Shown one piece after another: positions 1 through 13,339 of a DNA stretch of 64,000 nt. The notes under the pieces are model-generated. The model ran no database searches. It had not been told where the DNA came from and saw only the letters and a list, made by a program, of their open reading frames with translations. Position numbers and translations under genes: made by a program. Positions within the stretch are counted from its first letter, which is position 1, and each line of letters starts with the position of its first letter. Source of the stretch: Camelus dromedarius (lineage: Eukaryota); NCBI RefSeq assembly GCF_036321535.1, contig NC_087436.1, positions 39,496,001 through 39,560,000 of the forward strand. The letters run 5' to 3'.

Positions 1-2199
1 TGAGACTCTTTCTCTCCATGCCAGCTTTGAATTATTAAAAATCTTTAATAAAGCATTTGTTCGTAGAAATCAATCCAGAAAACTTTGAAGCTGTCAAAAG
101 GCTTGTGCTTTATTAATAAGAATTCCAGAGGCCTGTCTCTCAGCCAGCCATATCACACTTGAGGATTAGTCCTTGGAAACACTGAGAATCAAAATAGCAT
201 TAGAAAGCTTTCCCATAATGGGAGAAACAGAAATGAAGTAATGAATACCAGGAACGTGAATGGTAACTAATATAGATATATTTAGAGTGAACAGAAAGTA
301 ACAGGCACTCTTTAATGATCTATTACATAATGTCTGACAAAGTCTAGCATATGAGCACATTGTTTTTAGAGGGTTGAGAGAGAATGTGTTGATATCAGTA
401 AACCTTGTTAAGACAGACTAAGTAGCCAGGATGGAAATTCCATTCTATTTGAACTTTGTGTGAATCTATTAGCATATGTTTCAATATAACATTGTTCTTG
501 AACTGTGTATTTTTTAGAGTAGTATCTTTTAGAAGAATTTTAAAAATAATGTACCTTATTGTTGTAGTAAAGACCTAAAATTAAGTATATTTAACTTCTA
601 TCTTACATTTAAATAGCTGCAAAGACATTAATTCTGGCATGTTTGTATATGACATTTAAAAATAGAACAGTTATATAATCTTTTAATTATATCCAATAAA
701 ATAGAAATATCATAGTGCTTTGATACTCTATCATTCATTTAAAAAATACATGAACAGGTTCTTCTTTGATGTTCACAAATTTTACATAGTTCCTTTTTCT
801 CCTTGAAATTGTGTTTTAAATTATCTTTCCCCACATAATCCTAATGTTATTATGCTTTTAAAAATGTGTGTGTGTCTGAGTACACACATGAGGAGAGCAA
901 GAGAGAGAAATTAATTCTTCTAACAAGTTCCTGTTAGGATTTGATGGTTTCTCGTACACAACTAATTAAAAACAACAACAAAAAATAAAATTTGATAAAT
1001 AATTATTAAACATAGGGAAGAAAAGTTGACCAAAGCTCCCATTTCTTAGACTTAGATAGGTTGGGTTAAAGGAGGCTTCATTGCTATCATTTATTTTGAA
1101 TTGTTCTTTTGGCCACTTTAGAGGCTTTTAAATCTGGGAGCAGTACCCTGTGATCAGATATGGGATGAGTGAAAGAGGTGCCTTTCTTTTGTGAAATGGG
1201 AAAAGGGAAATTTTGACAGAGAGGTTGATCTTGACTTTAGCAAGACCAGTTTTAGGAGAGAATACACATAGATTTTCTTGATCTGCATATCGGTTCCTGT
1301 AAAGCCCTTACATCCCTTGGAAAGTCATCATCTACTCCTAGGAGCCCTTGATACCCAGTTTAAAGACTAATGTATTAGAGCGTATTGTCTTGTGGAAATT
1401 CTCAGCTGTGAATTACTGCACGCGTGTAGCCCACCGAGAAGTCCTTTCCCTTTTCTTTACAGATGACAGAGTCCTTAATTATTTTTTAAAAAGTCAAAGA
1501 AAAATTTATTAGATTTCACTATATCATTGAGAATGTCTTTAATTATGCACTTTTGTTAATGTTCTCTATGTCATGTATCTAAAGTGATACATAGTCTACA
1601 CATTGATTGGTAAATTGCTAAGAAATCATCCTTTTGTTTTATTTAATGAGTCTAATTTTATTTTCTACCAGTTTACTTCCACCCGTCATCTACTTTTATG
1701 CTATTTATCATGCTGTATTGTCTGTTCTTTGTGTAACCTTCCGTTTTTTGATTTGCAAGCAATCTAATTTTCTATTTTCTTTCCTTCCTTTGTCTAGTGG
1801 TTTGGAATTTCAGCATTCTTATTGTTTTACTAGGAATTCTCTTTAAATTTTTAGCAAACACGCTGGCATATTTTCTTAACAATTTCAAAAACTTCCCCTT
1901 TCTGAAAAATATCAAGACATTTAGCATGCTGTTAGTTACTTTCTACCTCTGCTCATTCTCACTCCCCAAGCTGATGGGAATCATCTAGGATTAGTTTCAA
2001 GATGCTATTAATTTTTAATTTTCTTCAAATTATGCCTATTTGAATTTCAGGTTGCTTTACATTTACATGTACATATCAGCAATTATTTGCATTGTAAAAA
2101 AGATTAATAAAATAGCACTCTCTGGCAATTCCAATTAAAAAAAGGAGAGAATACAGGTAGACATTAGAGAAAAGGCATATAAGCACAAATACACAGTAG

Positions 2200-3430
2200 G
2201 TTAAAAAAATTGTAGAATACTGCGAACTACTTTTAGTTAATGGATTTGGAAATCTAGATGAAATGAACAATTATCTCGGAAACTATATTTTCAACAAAAA
2301 TATACTTATAAAAATTGATACAAAAGATAGGAAGCCCAAATAGATTAATGACCAAGGAAGAAATGACTCTGACTTTTTGCTGGAGAGTTTTGACCAATCT
2401 TTAAGACAGATGGTTTCGAGTTATATAAATTATTGTAGAGCAAAAAAAGAAAAAAAGATGAAAATCTTTCCATTCATTTTATGAGGCTAATATAACTTTG
2501 TTTCAAGACTAGACAAGATAGGTACACATATGCAAAAGAAAACTATCCCAATCTCATGAATCTACATTAAAAATTCTAGGTGGGTATGGTACAGCTCAGT
2601 GACAGAGTGCTTGCCTAGTATGCATGAGGTCCTGGGTTCAGTGCCCAGTACCTCCATTAAATATATAAATAATAAACCTAATTACCCCACTACCACTAAA
2701 ATTTAAACAAAATATTAGCAAATTTAATTCAGCAGTGTATTTAGATAACAATACCACAAACAGAGTCTATTGCAAGTATAGAAGAATGTTTTGAGCTGAG
2801 GCATTCAGTAGACGTATTTCAGTGTGTTGTTTATAAATGAAAACAAATACGAGCATCTTAATAATTTTGAAAAGATACAATAAAAATCAGCACTCCATCA
2901 TCACATCCCTTAGGAAGCTGAGAATAAAATAAAACTACTTTGACTTTATATCACAGACAAACATCAAATAGGAATAAAATAAGTGTACCTGCTATTACTG
3001 CAATGACTCAATATTGTCTGGAGCTCCAATTTCATGAATCATTAAGAATTGAGGTATTGGTATTAAAGAGAAAGCCAAAATTGTTATATGAAGAATATGA
3101 TTATTCACCTAGGAAACCCCAGAGAATCAACTGGAAAGACACTAGAGCTAATGTTTATTAATGTAACAATATAAAATATAAATGTTTTTAAAAAAGCAAT
3201 AGTGTTCCTATATGTAATGCAGAAAATAAAAAGAAAAAAAATCTCATTTATAGAAGATTCAAAATTAAAAAAAAATTAGGAATAAACTTCACAAGAATTG
3301 AGGTCTATGTGAAAAAAAAAACTAAATCTTTCCTAAAGCTAGAAGACTTCGTAAATGATACACCACAACCCTGAATGGGAAGACAAAATAGAAATTAATC
3401 TATACATTGAATGAATGCTATCCTCATAGA
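2200..3430 (+). mobile_element. Old L1 ORF2 fragment
   Basis: A-rich degraded L1 motifs (aatctagatgaaatgaacaa, cattcattttatgaggctaatataac, aatattagcaaatttaattcagcagtgtat). Confidence 0.65.
2579..2700 (+). mobile_element. tRNA-derived SINE (camelid Vic-1-like)
   Basis: A box (acagctcagtgacagag), B box (gggttcagtgcc) and tail acctccattaaa…taaacctaattacccc. Inserted in an old L1 fragment. Confidence 0.8.
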
Positions 3431-4610
3431 GATCTTTTGTTTTTCTTGGTGTGTGTGTTGGCTGGGGAGGGTGACTTGACCTCCAAATTCACCTGAAATC
3501 AAATTCATGTGATGCTGGCGCAGAAGTAGGCAAAGACATCAATGATGCCAACTACAGCGGTGGTTAACAGTCTCGGTTGTTCATTGAAATCATTTTGGGA
3601 TTTAAAAAATATTACCCATGTCTAGCCCCACTCCCACTTTACTTGAAGTCGTAATGCTACTTTAATTGACATCAGGTGGGGGTCAGGTTTTGCTTTATTT
3701 TAAAAGCTCCCAAGGTAATTCTAACGTGTAGCTAATTACTAAACTATAAAGACCAAGAAATGGCTTGGGTACTTATATGCATGGTAAATAAGTAGATTAA
3801 AAAGCCCTTTAAATCAGTAGGAAGAGTTACTGGGACAACTACTTTGGGGACCAAAATAAAGCTAGATCCTTTATTAACACTAAACAGAAATATATACCAG
3901 ACAGATGAGAACTCTGATAGACAAAGTAAAACAGAAAACACCTTTTTAAAAATTGTTACATTTTAATTATAACATTTCAGATGTATAATTTGCTTTCCAA
4001 AGATGTGCCCTGTATTTAACAGTATATATCCAGAACACTAAAAAATGTTTATACCTGTTGAATAAAAATTCCACTTCTGGGAAGAAATCTCAGCTGTCCA
4101 CCAAGATTTTATATAAGGATGTATATAATTATAAGAAATCTAAAATTTTAAAAGTCAGTGTGCAACAGTAGGGAAATAAATTCTATTTTTTCTACATTAA
4201 AGTTTGATGCAGAACCACCTGCATAAGAATCACCTGGGGCTTGTTAAATACTAGATCTAAGACCTACTTAGTTTGAAATCCACTAATTTGTACAAAGAAT
4301 TTTTTTAACCATTAAAAATTATAGTTAGTATTTTCCCCATAAATGTGTACCTAAATATTAGCAGTGGGTTGGGATTTTTTTATACTTTTATTTTGCAAAT
4401 TTGATAAAATGAGCTTTTATTACCTATAAAGCTATTAAAAGAGTTTTGTATAAAAAAGGATTTACTTTAAGAGTACCTTTAGAGTCACCTGTTGGGGACA
4501 GAGATCTTGCATGACCGAGCATTTCTGATGGGTTAAATCTTATTTTTACTTGTAATTATGTCATAGTAGCAGTTACCAATACAGAAGAAATGACAGGGTG
4601 TACTTTTGAA

Positions 4611-4749
4611 TTTATTTATTTTTTGTTTTGTTTTTCTTTTGGAGGCGGAGGTAATTAGGTTTACTTACTTATTTACTTTTAGAGGAGGTACTGAGGATTG
4701 AACCCAGGCCCTTGTGTATGCTAAGCATGCACTCTACCACTCTCCCATA
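4611..4749 (-). mobile_element. tRNA-derived SINE (camelid Vic-1-like) with degenerate TSD
   Basis: Reverse complement gtggtagagtgcatgcttagcatacacaagggcctgggttcaatcctcagtacctcc…aaacctaattacctcc plus A-rich tail. Flanks acagggtgtacttttgaa (4593-4610) and acggggtatatttttgaa (4750-4767) match at 15/18. Confidence 0.82.
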
Positions 4750-4989
4750 ACGGGGTATATTTTTGAAATGAATGTGCTGCCAACTACAAGCATGTGAGGC
4801 CAAGTCTCATTGCTGAAAGGGGATTATTCAAGCAAATTCCTCAGATAATCCATATCAATAAACTACTTTGCCTGAGTTCCTTGCATAACTGTAAGGAAAG
4901 TATACTAACCTTATCTTCATTAAGTAGAATCTATTTTGATGTTAGAAGTCTGGTCCAAATTGTCAGTTTTAATAAGACAGTTTCTTTGA

Positions 4990-5400
4990 TTTAAAACTTG
5001 TCTTTTGCCTGTTTTTCTATCGGGTTGTTGGTTTTTTTATTTTTTAAATGAAATTTGATAATTATTTGTATATTATATGCTATTCCCCTCTATTAGAGAA
5101 TGTATTCACCAGCAAATATATATGTAAATATGTATTGCAAATATACTCATCAACTTTTATATTTGTCTTTTCACTTTCCTTTGGGTGGTTTTTAGCAAAG
5201 TGGCGTTCTTAATTACATTTTTTTTTTGAAATTTATCAGTCTTTTAATTTAAGGTATTCCATCTGTGTTTTGTTTAATAAATCTTTCCCTAACGAGGTTA
5301 TAAGGACAATTTTCCTATAATCCAAATCTTAAAACCTTGCCATTCGTAATTACGCATTAACTGATCAGGAATTGAGTTTCGAATATGGTATTAGTTTGAA
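4990..5400 (-). mobile_element. Old L1 fragment
   Basis: T-rich L1-like text (ttttgcctgtttttctatcgggttgttgg, aatctttccctaac). Confidence 0.55.
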
Positions 5401-5664
5401 ATATCTCATTTAAAAGCTTTTGTTTTTAGATATCTAAAGAGAAGCAATATATTATTTTAAAAAACAGAAAAAAAAGCTTTTACCAAAAGTAAATAATTTA
5501 TTAATGATTTCTGGTTTTCTCTTCCTCAGTTAAAAATTTTACTTTTTTACTTCTAAAACAGGCTTTAAGTAATTACTTTTAAGAGAGTATTACGCTCTGC
5601 AAGGGAGTAGAAAATTTTGAGACAAATTTTTTCCTGCTTAAACTAGGGTTCAAGACTACATGAA

Positions 5665-5940
5665 TTTTTTGTTTGTTTCTTATTTTTCTGTTTAAACATT
5701 TTTTATTAAAATTTTTTATTGAAGTGTAGTCAGTTTACAATGTTGTATTAATTTCTGATGTACAGCATAGTGATTGAGTTGTAACACATATATTTTCCTT
5801 TTCATATTCTTTTTCATTATAGACTATTACAAGGTACTGAATATAGTTCTCTGTGCTGTACAGTGGGACCTTGCTGGTTCATCTATTTTATATACAGTAT
5901 CTGCAAATCCTGAACTCCCAATTTATCCCTCCACCCCCTC
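5665..5940 (-). mobile_element. L1 3'-end fragment (artiodactyl/camelid type)
   Basis: T-rich tail then ttttattgaagtgtagtcagtttacaatgttgt…gttctctgtgctgtacagt. Homologous to the copies at 47.4, 51.4, 59.0 and 60.4 kb. Confidence 0.8.
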
Positions 5941-6215
5941 TTACTGTGACTTTTTCACATGCCATTAAATATGACATTCTAAGCAGAAGCTAAGATGTAA
6001 TCAAGAGGCTGTGGGGTATGAAAACAAAGAATGTATAGTTGTTATCTCTCTTTAGCTTTTCTTGACAGTCATGAAATAAATGTTTTTTAAGCACATATAG
6101 ATATAATTTCAATGTATAAAAGTTAAGAAATAATAGAATGAGAATATATGCTGTGATTTATTCAAATGTATGATTGACTTGGTTCTCCACATCCTCAAGA
6201 ATGCTCTGTTTCCAG

Positions 6216-6421
6216 GGGTCCTGCCAGAGCGAGGACCATGGCTTATTTTGGGGAAGGAAAAGGACCCATCCATGTGGATAATGTGAAGTGCACAGGAAAT
6301 GAGAGGTCCCTGGCTGACTGTATCAAACAAGATATCGGAAGACACAACTGCCGCCACAGTGAAGATGCAGGAGTTATTTGTGATTATTTTGGCAAGAAAG
6401 CATCAGGTAACAATAATAAAG
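6216..6421 (+). CDS. PRSS12: Neurotrypsin internal coding exon (second half of last SRCR domain)
   Basis: Acceptor tttccag|g at 6215/6216 and donor g|gtaagc at 6421/6422. Translation GPARARTMAYFGEGKGPIHVDNVKCTGNERSLADCIKQDIGRHNCRHSEDAGVICDYFGKKASGNNNK has the SRCR signature (C..H.EDAGVIC) and matches neurotrypsin as I recall it. Confidence 0.97.
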
Positions 6422-8326
6422 GTAAGCCTTCTGGGGCCTCTACAAGTCAAAGAACATTAATCCTCACTTTATTATTATAAACAGTATTTTGATAACAAAT
6501 ATCCCCTTTCGTAAGAATATATTCAGACCCTTGTTCCTCCTGCTGGTTATTTAGAGGCAGTGGCTCTTGACAAAAACTTGCCTGGGTGAGACTTACAGGG
6601 AGAGCAGGGTTCAGGGCAAAGAGTGAATTTACAGGATTTTGTAATCTCTGGGATTGCCCCCTTTTGACATTTTCAGTCATTTCTAAACCTTCCATCTTTG
6701 AATATAATAAAACTGTCAAACTTTTTAGTATCCTTGAAGATTCAGAATTGATATTTATTTACATCATGAAAAGAAAGAAAGTAATGAAAATTTAAAGATG
6801 AATCATAGAAAGGCACTTCTGCTCTTATTAGTATCATAAACAACAGGGATAATTTTTAAAATTCATTGCAAAAGAAATTATTTTTTGTAGGTTTTATTCT
6901 CAGATTTTATAAGGAAAATGAGAAGTAATCTTGGATATAATATAGTAATGAATGTTTCATACTTATATAAATAGTGGAGTTAAAAGCAATGAGTTCAATT
7001 TTTATAAAACAAATAAATACTGCTTTAAACGAAAAGGGAAAAAACTAGCTATTTGGAAAAGTCTATGGTTATATTTTACGAAAAGAACAATCACTTATGT
7101 GGATTGAAAGTTCACAATTTTGATATATAAGATTTTCTTAAAATCAAATGCATCTATATCTGAGCATTCTTTTTCTGTCATCTTTTAACAACCATTAAAG
7201 ACAATGCAATAAATAAGTTGGATGTTGTTAATATGATTCTTCACCATCTGAGTGTCTTTTGAGTGTAGAGAAGAATACTTCCAACCCTTTATGCTTTCTG
7301 CTTTGTTTTATATTTAAATATTTATATGTATATTAAATAGCTATATAATAAATTTGACTTGGTAAGTCAGTTTTTTCTAAGTATTGATTGTAACTTAATT
7401 TATTAAATGTCCTTCAATAATTTAAACTACAGTCACAAAGTGAGCATAACTAATTTTTTGGGCTATGTAAAATTTCTTAAGCAGTAGAGAAACATAAAGA
7501 TTCAATCACTGTACATTTTTTTTTTTACCGTATTTCTATGTTAACCTATTTTAAAGTATGAAATGCCGAGTTTATTCTCACATTATTAATACACTTGTTT
7601 TCCTAGAGTTGTAGCAATACGTGATATCTTTCCATGGTCCTAATGTTTCCATTTGTCAAATAAAAAGATTTCATCTTAGACCAGCTGAATTACTGAATTG
7701 GCTTATTAACTCATTGATTTTGGGTGGAGGCTTAACACCTAGTAACTTCTATGAAGTGATTCAAACTCAAGCCATTGGTTATTGGTCATCTGCCTTAAAT
7801 ACAGTCTGCCACTTACACTGGCTTAGTCAAGCCTTTCCATATATCAATATGCTCTATGAGTAAATGTAAATTTATCTCAGAATTCCACCCTGGGAATATA
7901 CTCTGCTCCTCTGAGTTACATTTGTTTATGGCTTGGAAGAGTGCTGTCTGTGAATTCAGAGCGTCATTGCCTCTGGTAGCCCTCTTGTTTTGTTTTGCAT
8001 TTCTGAACTCCTGGACAGTCTGTATAATCAGCAGAGGAGGAGGTGTGGGTACCCACAAGGATGATGTACTGGACGGGGCCCCACCATTCAGCAGCCTGTT
8101 AAACCTCTTCAGAGCTGATTGTGGAAAACCTCAGAAAGTTCCTTGTCTACTTGCAGGTCATCATTACCTTGGTTAAATGAAAAAACCAGTTTTAATTTTT
8201 TTTGTAAGGATTTGAAGAGAGAAGGCATTTTAAACTTGAGGAAGTAGTAACAGGGGATTGTGTTGCTTGTCTTTACCCCACTGTGAGCAGTATGCAAGTT
8301 TGATTAAAAACCTCTTTCTGCTTCAG

Positions 8327-8405
8327 AGTCCCTGTCGTCTGTTTGTGGTTTGAGATTATTGCACCGTCGGCAGAAGCGGATCATTGGTGGGAAAAATTCT
8401 TTAAG
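8327..8405 (+). CDS. PRSS12: Neurotrypsin exon encoding the zymogen activation site (SLSSVCGLRLLHRRQKR|IIGGKNSL)
   Basis: Acceptor ctttctgcttcag| and donor ttaag|gtaaaa. Phase matches both neighbouring exons. Contains furin-type RRQKR followed by the IIGG protease N-terminus. Too short for the ORF track. Confidence 0.96.
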
Positions 8406-9083
8406 GTAAAATCTTCTTCAGAGGAGATTTTCTGTATTACAGTTATTCATATACATACCAGGTTATGAACTGGGGGGCTTTCTACTATTAAATAAGGTAT
8501 TTTACTTATTTTATTTCCTAAATTAAATACAGATTACACTGATAATTTCACCATCCTTGGCTTATGTTTGCTTTATATAGACCCTGTTCTTCAAATCACT
8601 GTTCCCTTATTTATGAGATGGATGGGTTGCTGAAAAGTTGTGTGTCAGAAACAAACTAATTTAACAGGATGTCTGAAAAAAATGTTTAAGTACAAAATTC
8701 ATTTAGTTTAGAATGTAGTTCTCTTGGACTTGACTTATTTTAATGTAATTTTTAATTTATTGAATTTACTAATGGAAAACAAGCACTTTGCTTATTAAAT
8801 ACTTCTTCAGGCTGCTTAGGTGAGGTTGAGTGAGGAGGGAAGATCTGCTTCAAACCATGAAATATCAAGAAGACAGAAATTGTCTCCAAGGAGGTCGGAG
8901 ATGGGTGGGGTGCATACAGATGCTATAAGCAAATCTTCCGGGGGGTCTGCTCAAAGTTGTAGGGGCATCCTTCTCAAAGCAGGAAGGGGTCCTGCACCCT
9001 TGAGTTCTTTTTATACGCCTTTCCTCTCACCTGCAAGCCTTCCGAGTCATTGTTTTAGTGGATGCTTTTCTGCCTTTTACTGA

Positions 9084-9338
<255 letters not shown>

Positions 9339-12300
9339 TAGGCTTTTCTGTCTGTGCCGGCCACACTGTGGGAATGAGGGAGGGAACAGAAGGAGCCACG
9401 AGAGCTCTCGGGAGGCCACTTGGGACCCTGGTGTTAAAGCAAAGTCTAGATTTAGGGAGAAGAGAAGATAGGTTTTTGGAGGAGAGGCTATGTTAGTGCT
9501 TCCTCCCAAGAGCATATCTGAGGATGAAATCACCTCCTCCCAGAATCAGAAGAGACCTCAGGTGATTTGATTATGAATGCTGAAGAATCGGGAGTTGAAT
9601 TTTAGTGTTTTGATTTTTAGTGTTTTGATTTGAGTTTTGCATCCTTTAAATCTTCTTGATGTTTTAGATTTCTCTGTTCATACCTTCTAGAGAGTCAGGT
9701 TGCATCTTGAGTATTTCCGTTTGCCCCAAACATTTTATTAGTCCAGTCTGAAGTCTTCCTGGTTCAGAGGGGATGCCACGCAGAGAAAGTGTGTCAGTTA
9801 CACAGCTCCTAGTGGCATCATCTGCTCTAGAATCTGCTGTCCTTTCTCCTGTACTGTCATTTTTTGTGGGCCCTGGCTAATGGCCACTTCCTCAGCTTGA
9901 ATTTAAAAATATATACCAGTGCTTGGGAAATATTGATAATTATTGAAGCTATCTATCAAATGGAGAGAACTGTGCTCCATTCTGGGTGCCGTCCATGAAA
10001 AAGTGACGAGATGCACCAAGGAAGGCAAGCAGAAAGGAGAGATTGTGTGGAACCAGATTAAATTCACTACCTGTTGCTTCAAATACCACAGATGCTAATG
10101 GGACGATAATTTTTGTTTTAACATAGGAAAGAAGTCTGTTGTTTACTTTTTATTTCTTTAGCATTGGGACAGTTCAAAGATGGAATGGGCTGCTATATGT
10201 GGGAGGAAGAGTGGGCTCTGTTATGGGGTCTGTTCAGGCAGAGAGGCTGCATGTAGATAACGTGTAATGTTGAGCACGTGGTGAGGAAGCATGAAGCGTA
10301 GTTGAGGGATGGCAGGTATTAGTTAGGACAGTGGACCTGGAATTTGTGTAGTGGACTTGCACTAAAGAGGAAAGGAGAGATCTGGAATGCCAGGGTAGTG
10401 AATCTTTGTTTCCTTTCCTAGGCCTTGGGAAACCACTAAAGGTTTTTGAGCCTTGACCTATGATCAAAGAGGAGTTTTAGGAGATGAGTCATTTGGAGAT
10501 GTAGGGGATAGATCTGAGGGGGGAAAGCAAGGTCATTAATTTAGGGGTCTGTGAACGAGCTTCAAATTATATGAAAAATATTTGCATGCATGCTTATATG
10601 CCTTTTCCTGGAGCGACTCAAAGTGATCCACGTTACCAAGCAATTAAGACTCACTGTGGGAGGAATAGGAGGGAGATTGGGTATAAGGCTGTTGCAATAA
10701 TGATGAAAGGTAGAAAAGAGAAGGAGGGAAGGAAGGGAGAGACACTGATAGAAATCATAGGACTTGGTACTGGGTAACCAGAGCCTTGGATCCGGCCATC
10801 AAGACCAAGGTTGCAGTGCTAGTTCCTCCAACTGGTAATTGTTTAACTTTGTGGAAGTTATTTTAACATCTTGGAGCCTCAGCTTTCTCATTGGTAGAGT
10901 GAAGGCAATAATGTTCCACAGAGAGGAACAAATGATTTGCAAAGTATGTGGAAGTATTTTATAAACTGTAACATTCAAAACAAATGTTGGGGTTCAAAAA
11001 AAGGAATCAAATATTACTATTAGCAAAGATAGGGAATGCAGGATGATTTTATTCCACCTACTAGTGGGTAAGAATAAGGTAGGAAACTGCAGAGAAACAG
11101 AAGCCTGTCTTGGGCTTAGAATTTTTGTGAAATAATTCAGTACATTCAATTTAGATTATCTTCCTCTTGTTCAAGACTCCTTGTCTTTCGAGTAATTCTT
11201 TCCCTTCTAAAAGTTAGAGACTTAGGGGTTCAAGGCTTAAAGTATTAAAGTAAGGAAATTGCCCAAGAACTCCACTTGAGGTTGAAAACTTTGATCTGAC
11301 TTTTGAGTTAAGGTCTTTTTTTTTTTTTAAAGGTGCATTTTTGGGTTTGCTTGTTTACATGTCATTATTTCTCCCTTGTCCAGCTCCTTCTAGATTATTG
11401 CTTAAAGTCAGTAATCGTCTCATTTGTGTTTGCAAACCAAGTGTCTAGTATCTTACTTGGCACATAGTAGACCCTCCTAAATGGTTGCTGCATGATTAGA
11501 GTGCGGGCTCAGTTGCCAGATAGTGGATATATTTAAGAATGTTGAACTCTGCAGAGGATGGTGGTATTTGAAACCTAGCTCAACAGATAACTCCTTCCAT
11601 ATGTCATTCTGAATTTCTTACCATTGTCTGCACAGTACAAAATACAGACAGTTGATTAAAAAGCAGAGAGCAGATGATGATATGCAGCGTTTTGGTGTGC
11701 TTTGGATAGAGTGCGAGACTTTTTTAATGTGAGTAGGGAGATAATTGTTTTCCAGGTATGTTACATATCCATCTGACTTAGTCTGTAACCTTTACCAGAT
11801 TTCATAGACTTGTTTTGAAGTGCCTAAGGAGGCTACAACTCACATCTTTATTGCAGTAAGTTTATTGAAAGCCATAAAGACAGTTAGTTACCAGTGATTA
11901 GAACAAGCTCCAAATTTTGTCTTCTGGGTTCAGGGACTTTAGATTAAAACAACCCTCCTTTAATCAATCATCAGAAACTCTGGAATTTGCAAAACTAGAT
12001 AGATTTCCTCTGGAACTGTAGACACTGTAGTGCAGAAGCAGTGAAGTCAGGTTCTGAGAGGTTACCTTTCTTTTAGATTTCTCGGGAGTCTAACTTAAGG
12101 CCCACTGGTAGGGGATTTAGATTTCATATTTTGAAATTAGCTCTCTCACTCCCTTTTTCTTTCTAATTGTATGTCTACTGCTTTAACTACTGGACTTCAA
12201 TGCATACAATAGTTTCTTGTTCATCGGGATTGCTTTGGTGCCTAATTCTTGCAGCGATGATACAGACCAGTCCTCCTGAACAGCCATTTCTGAATAATAA

Positions 12301-12617
12301 GGTGTAGATTCCTGTCACCCTCTGTGTTATTTTAGTCTGTGGGATAACAATTTTTTAGGTTTATTTGTTTTCCCTTTGTAGAGTAGTCACTCTTTTATGT
12401 AATCCTATCAGAATAATGTAGGTATGACAGCCTGGGGAGGATGAGATCAGAACACAGTTGGTCACACCCACTGTCTTGTTACAGTCATCGTCTATAGAGT
12501 ACTCTCTTTCTAGGATGAGGGTACTTTATTGGAAGGCTCACGGAGTTCTAGGAATCCAGCTCTATGTTCATAGCTTTCATATACTCTGAGGTGTCCAAAG
12601 CATTCTTTTATGCCAAC

Positions 12618-13339
12618 TTTTTTTTTTTTTAACTTTAGGGCTAAACTTTAATAGAATGTGAAAGTTTGAACTATTACACATTAAACAAACAAAACCTAAA
12701 AATGACTGATTGGTTCAAAACGGTTTTATGGAAAAACTAATCTGTAACAAAAACTTGGCATTGAGTGTAAAGGCTCCACTGTTGGAGCAAAGCCTACAGA
12801 GGTTCCCAGGGGATAGGGCAGGGCAGGAGAGGGGACCAGACATTTACAATAGCAGGCATTTTCTCTTCCTCTTCTTGACGGGAGGTGGGCAGCAAACCTC
12901 TCGAAAGCTTCATCAAACACTGTCTTGAGGCCTCGCTGCATGAGTGCCGAGCCCTCCAGGTTTTTTTACAGCACCGATCTCTTTGGCCATGGCTGAACCC
13001 TGCGGGTAGGTGATGGGGTTAGTTTCTTCTCCTTCAGTTTCTCAGTCGTGCTTTTAGCATCCCTAAATTCAGGCTTCATCCCCACCAGGATGATAGGAGT
13101 GTTGGGACAGTGGTGTCACACTTCAGGATACCACTCTGCATAACCATTTTCAAATGTTGTAGGACCCAGAAGAGAAAAGCAAGTTAAGAAAACATCTGTG
13201 GGTAGGAGAAGGGACACAGTCAGTCATTGTCTTCTTGTCCAGCTGTGTCCCATAAGCCTGGGTTCTCTGGCTTTCCATTTACCATAACATTGGCAGACTA
13301 GTTGTCAAAGAAAGTGGGAATATATTCTCCAGGAAATGG
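12618..13339 (-). pseudogene. RAC1 processed pseudogene (5'-truncated, frameshifted) in a PRSS12 intron
   Basis: The minus strand encodes degraded, intronless RAC1: [90 protein letters not shown]. It is followed by about 210 nt of RAC1-like 3'UTR, ATTAAA (12647-12652) and a 13-nt poly(A) (T-run 12618-12630). Confidence 0.93.

Noticed and set aside
2579..2655. tRNA-Ala-like gene
   Set aside because: Cloverleaf stems are degraded and a SINE tail follows, so it is a SINE head.
9600..9631. Tandem duplication of ttttagtgttttgatt
   Set aside because: Simple two-copy slippage duplication, not an array; similar cases at ~24291 and ~51788.
12726..12941. 71-aa ORF starting MQRGLKTVFDEA as a functional RAC-like protein
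   Set aside because: Frameshifted fragment of the RAC1 retrocopy, lacking the P-loop and an in-frame CAAX.
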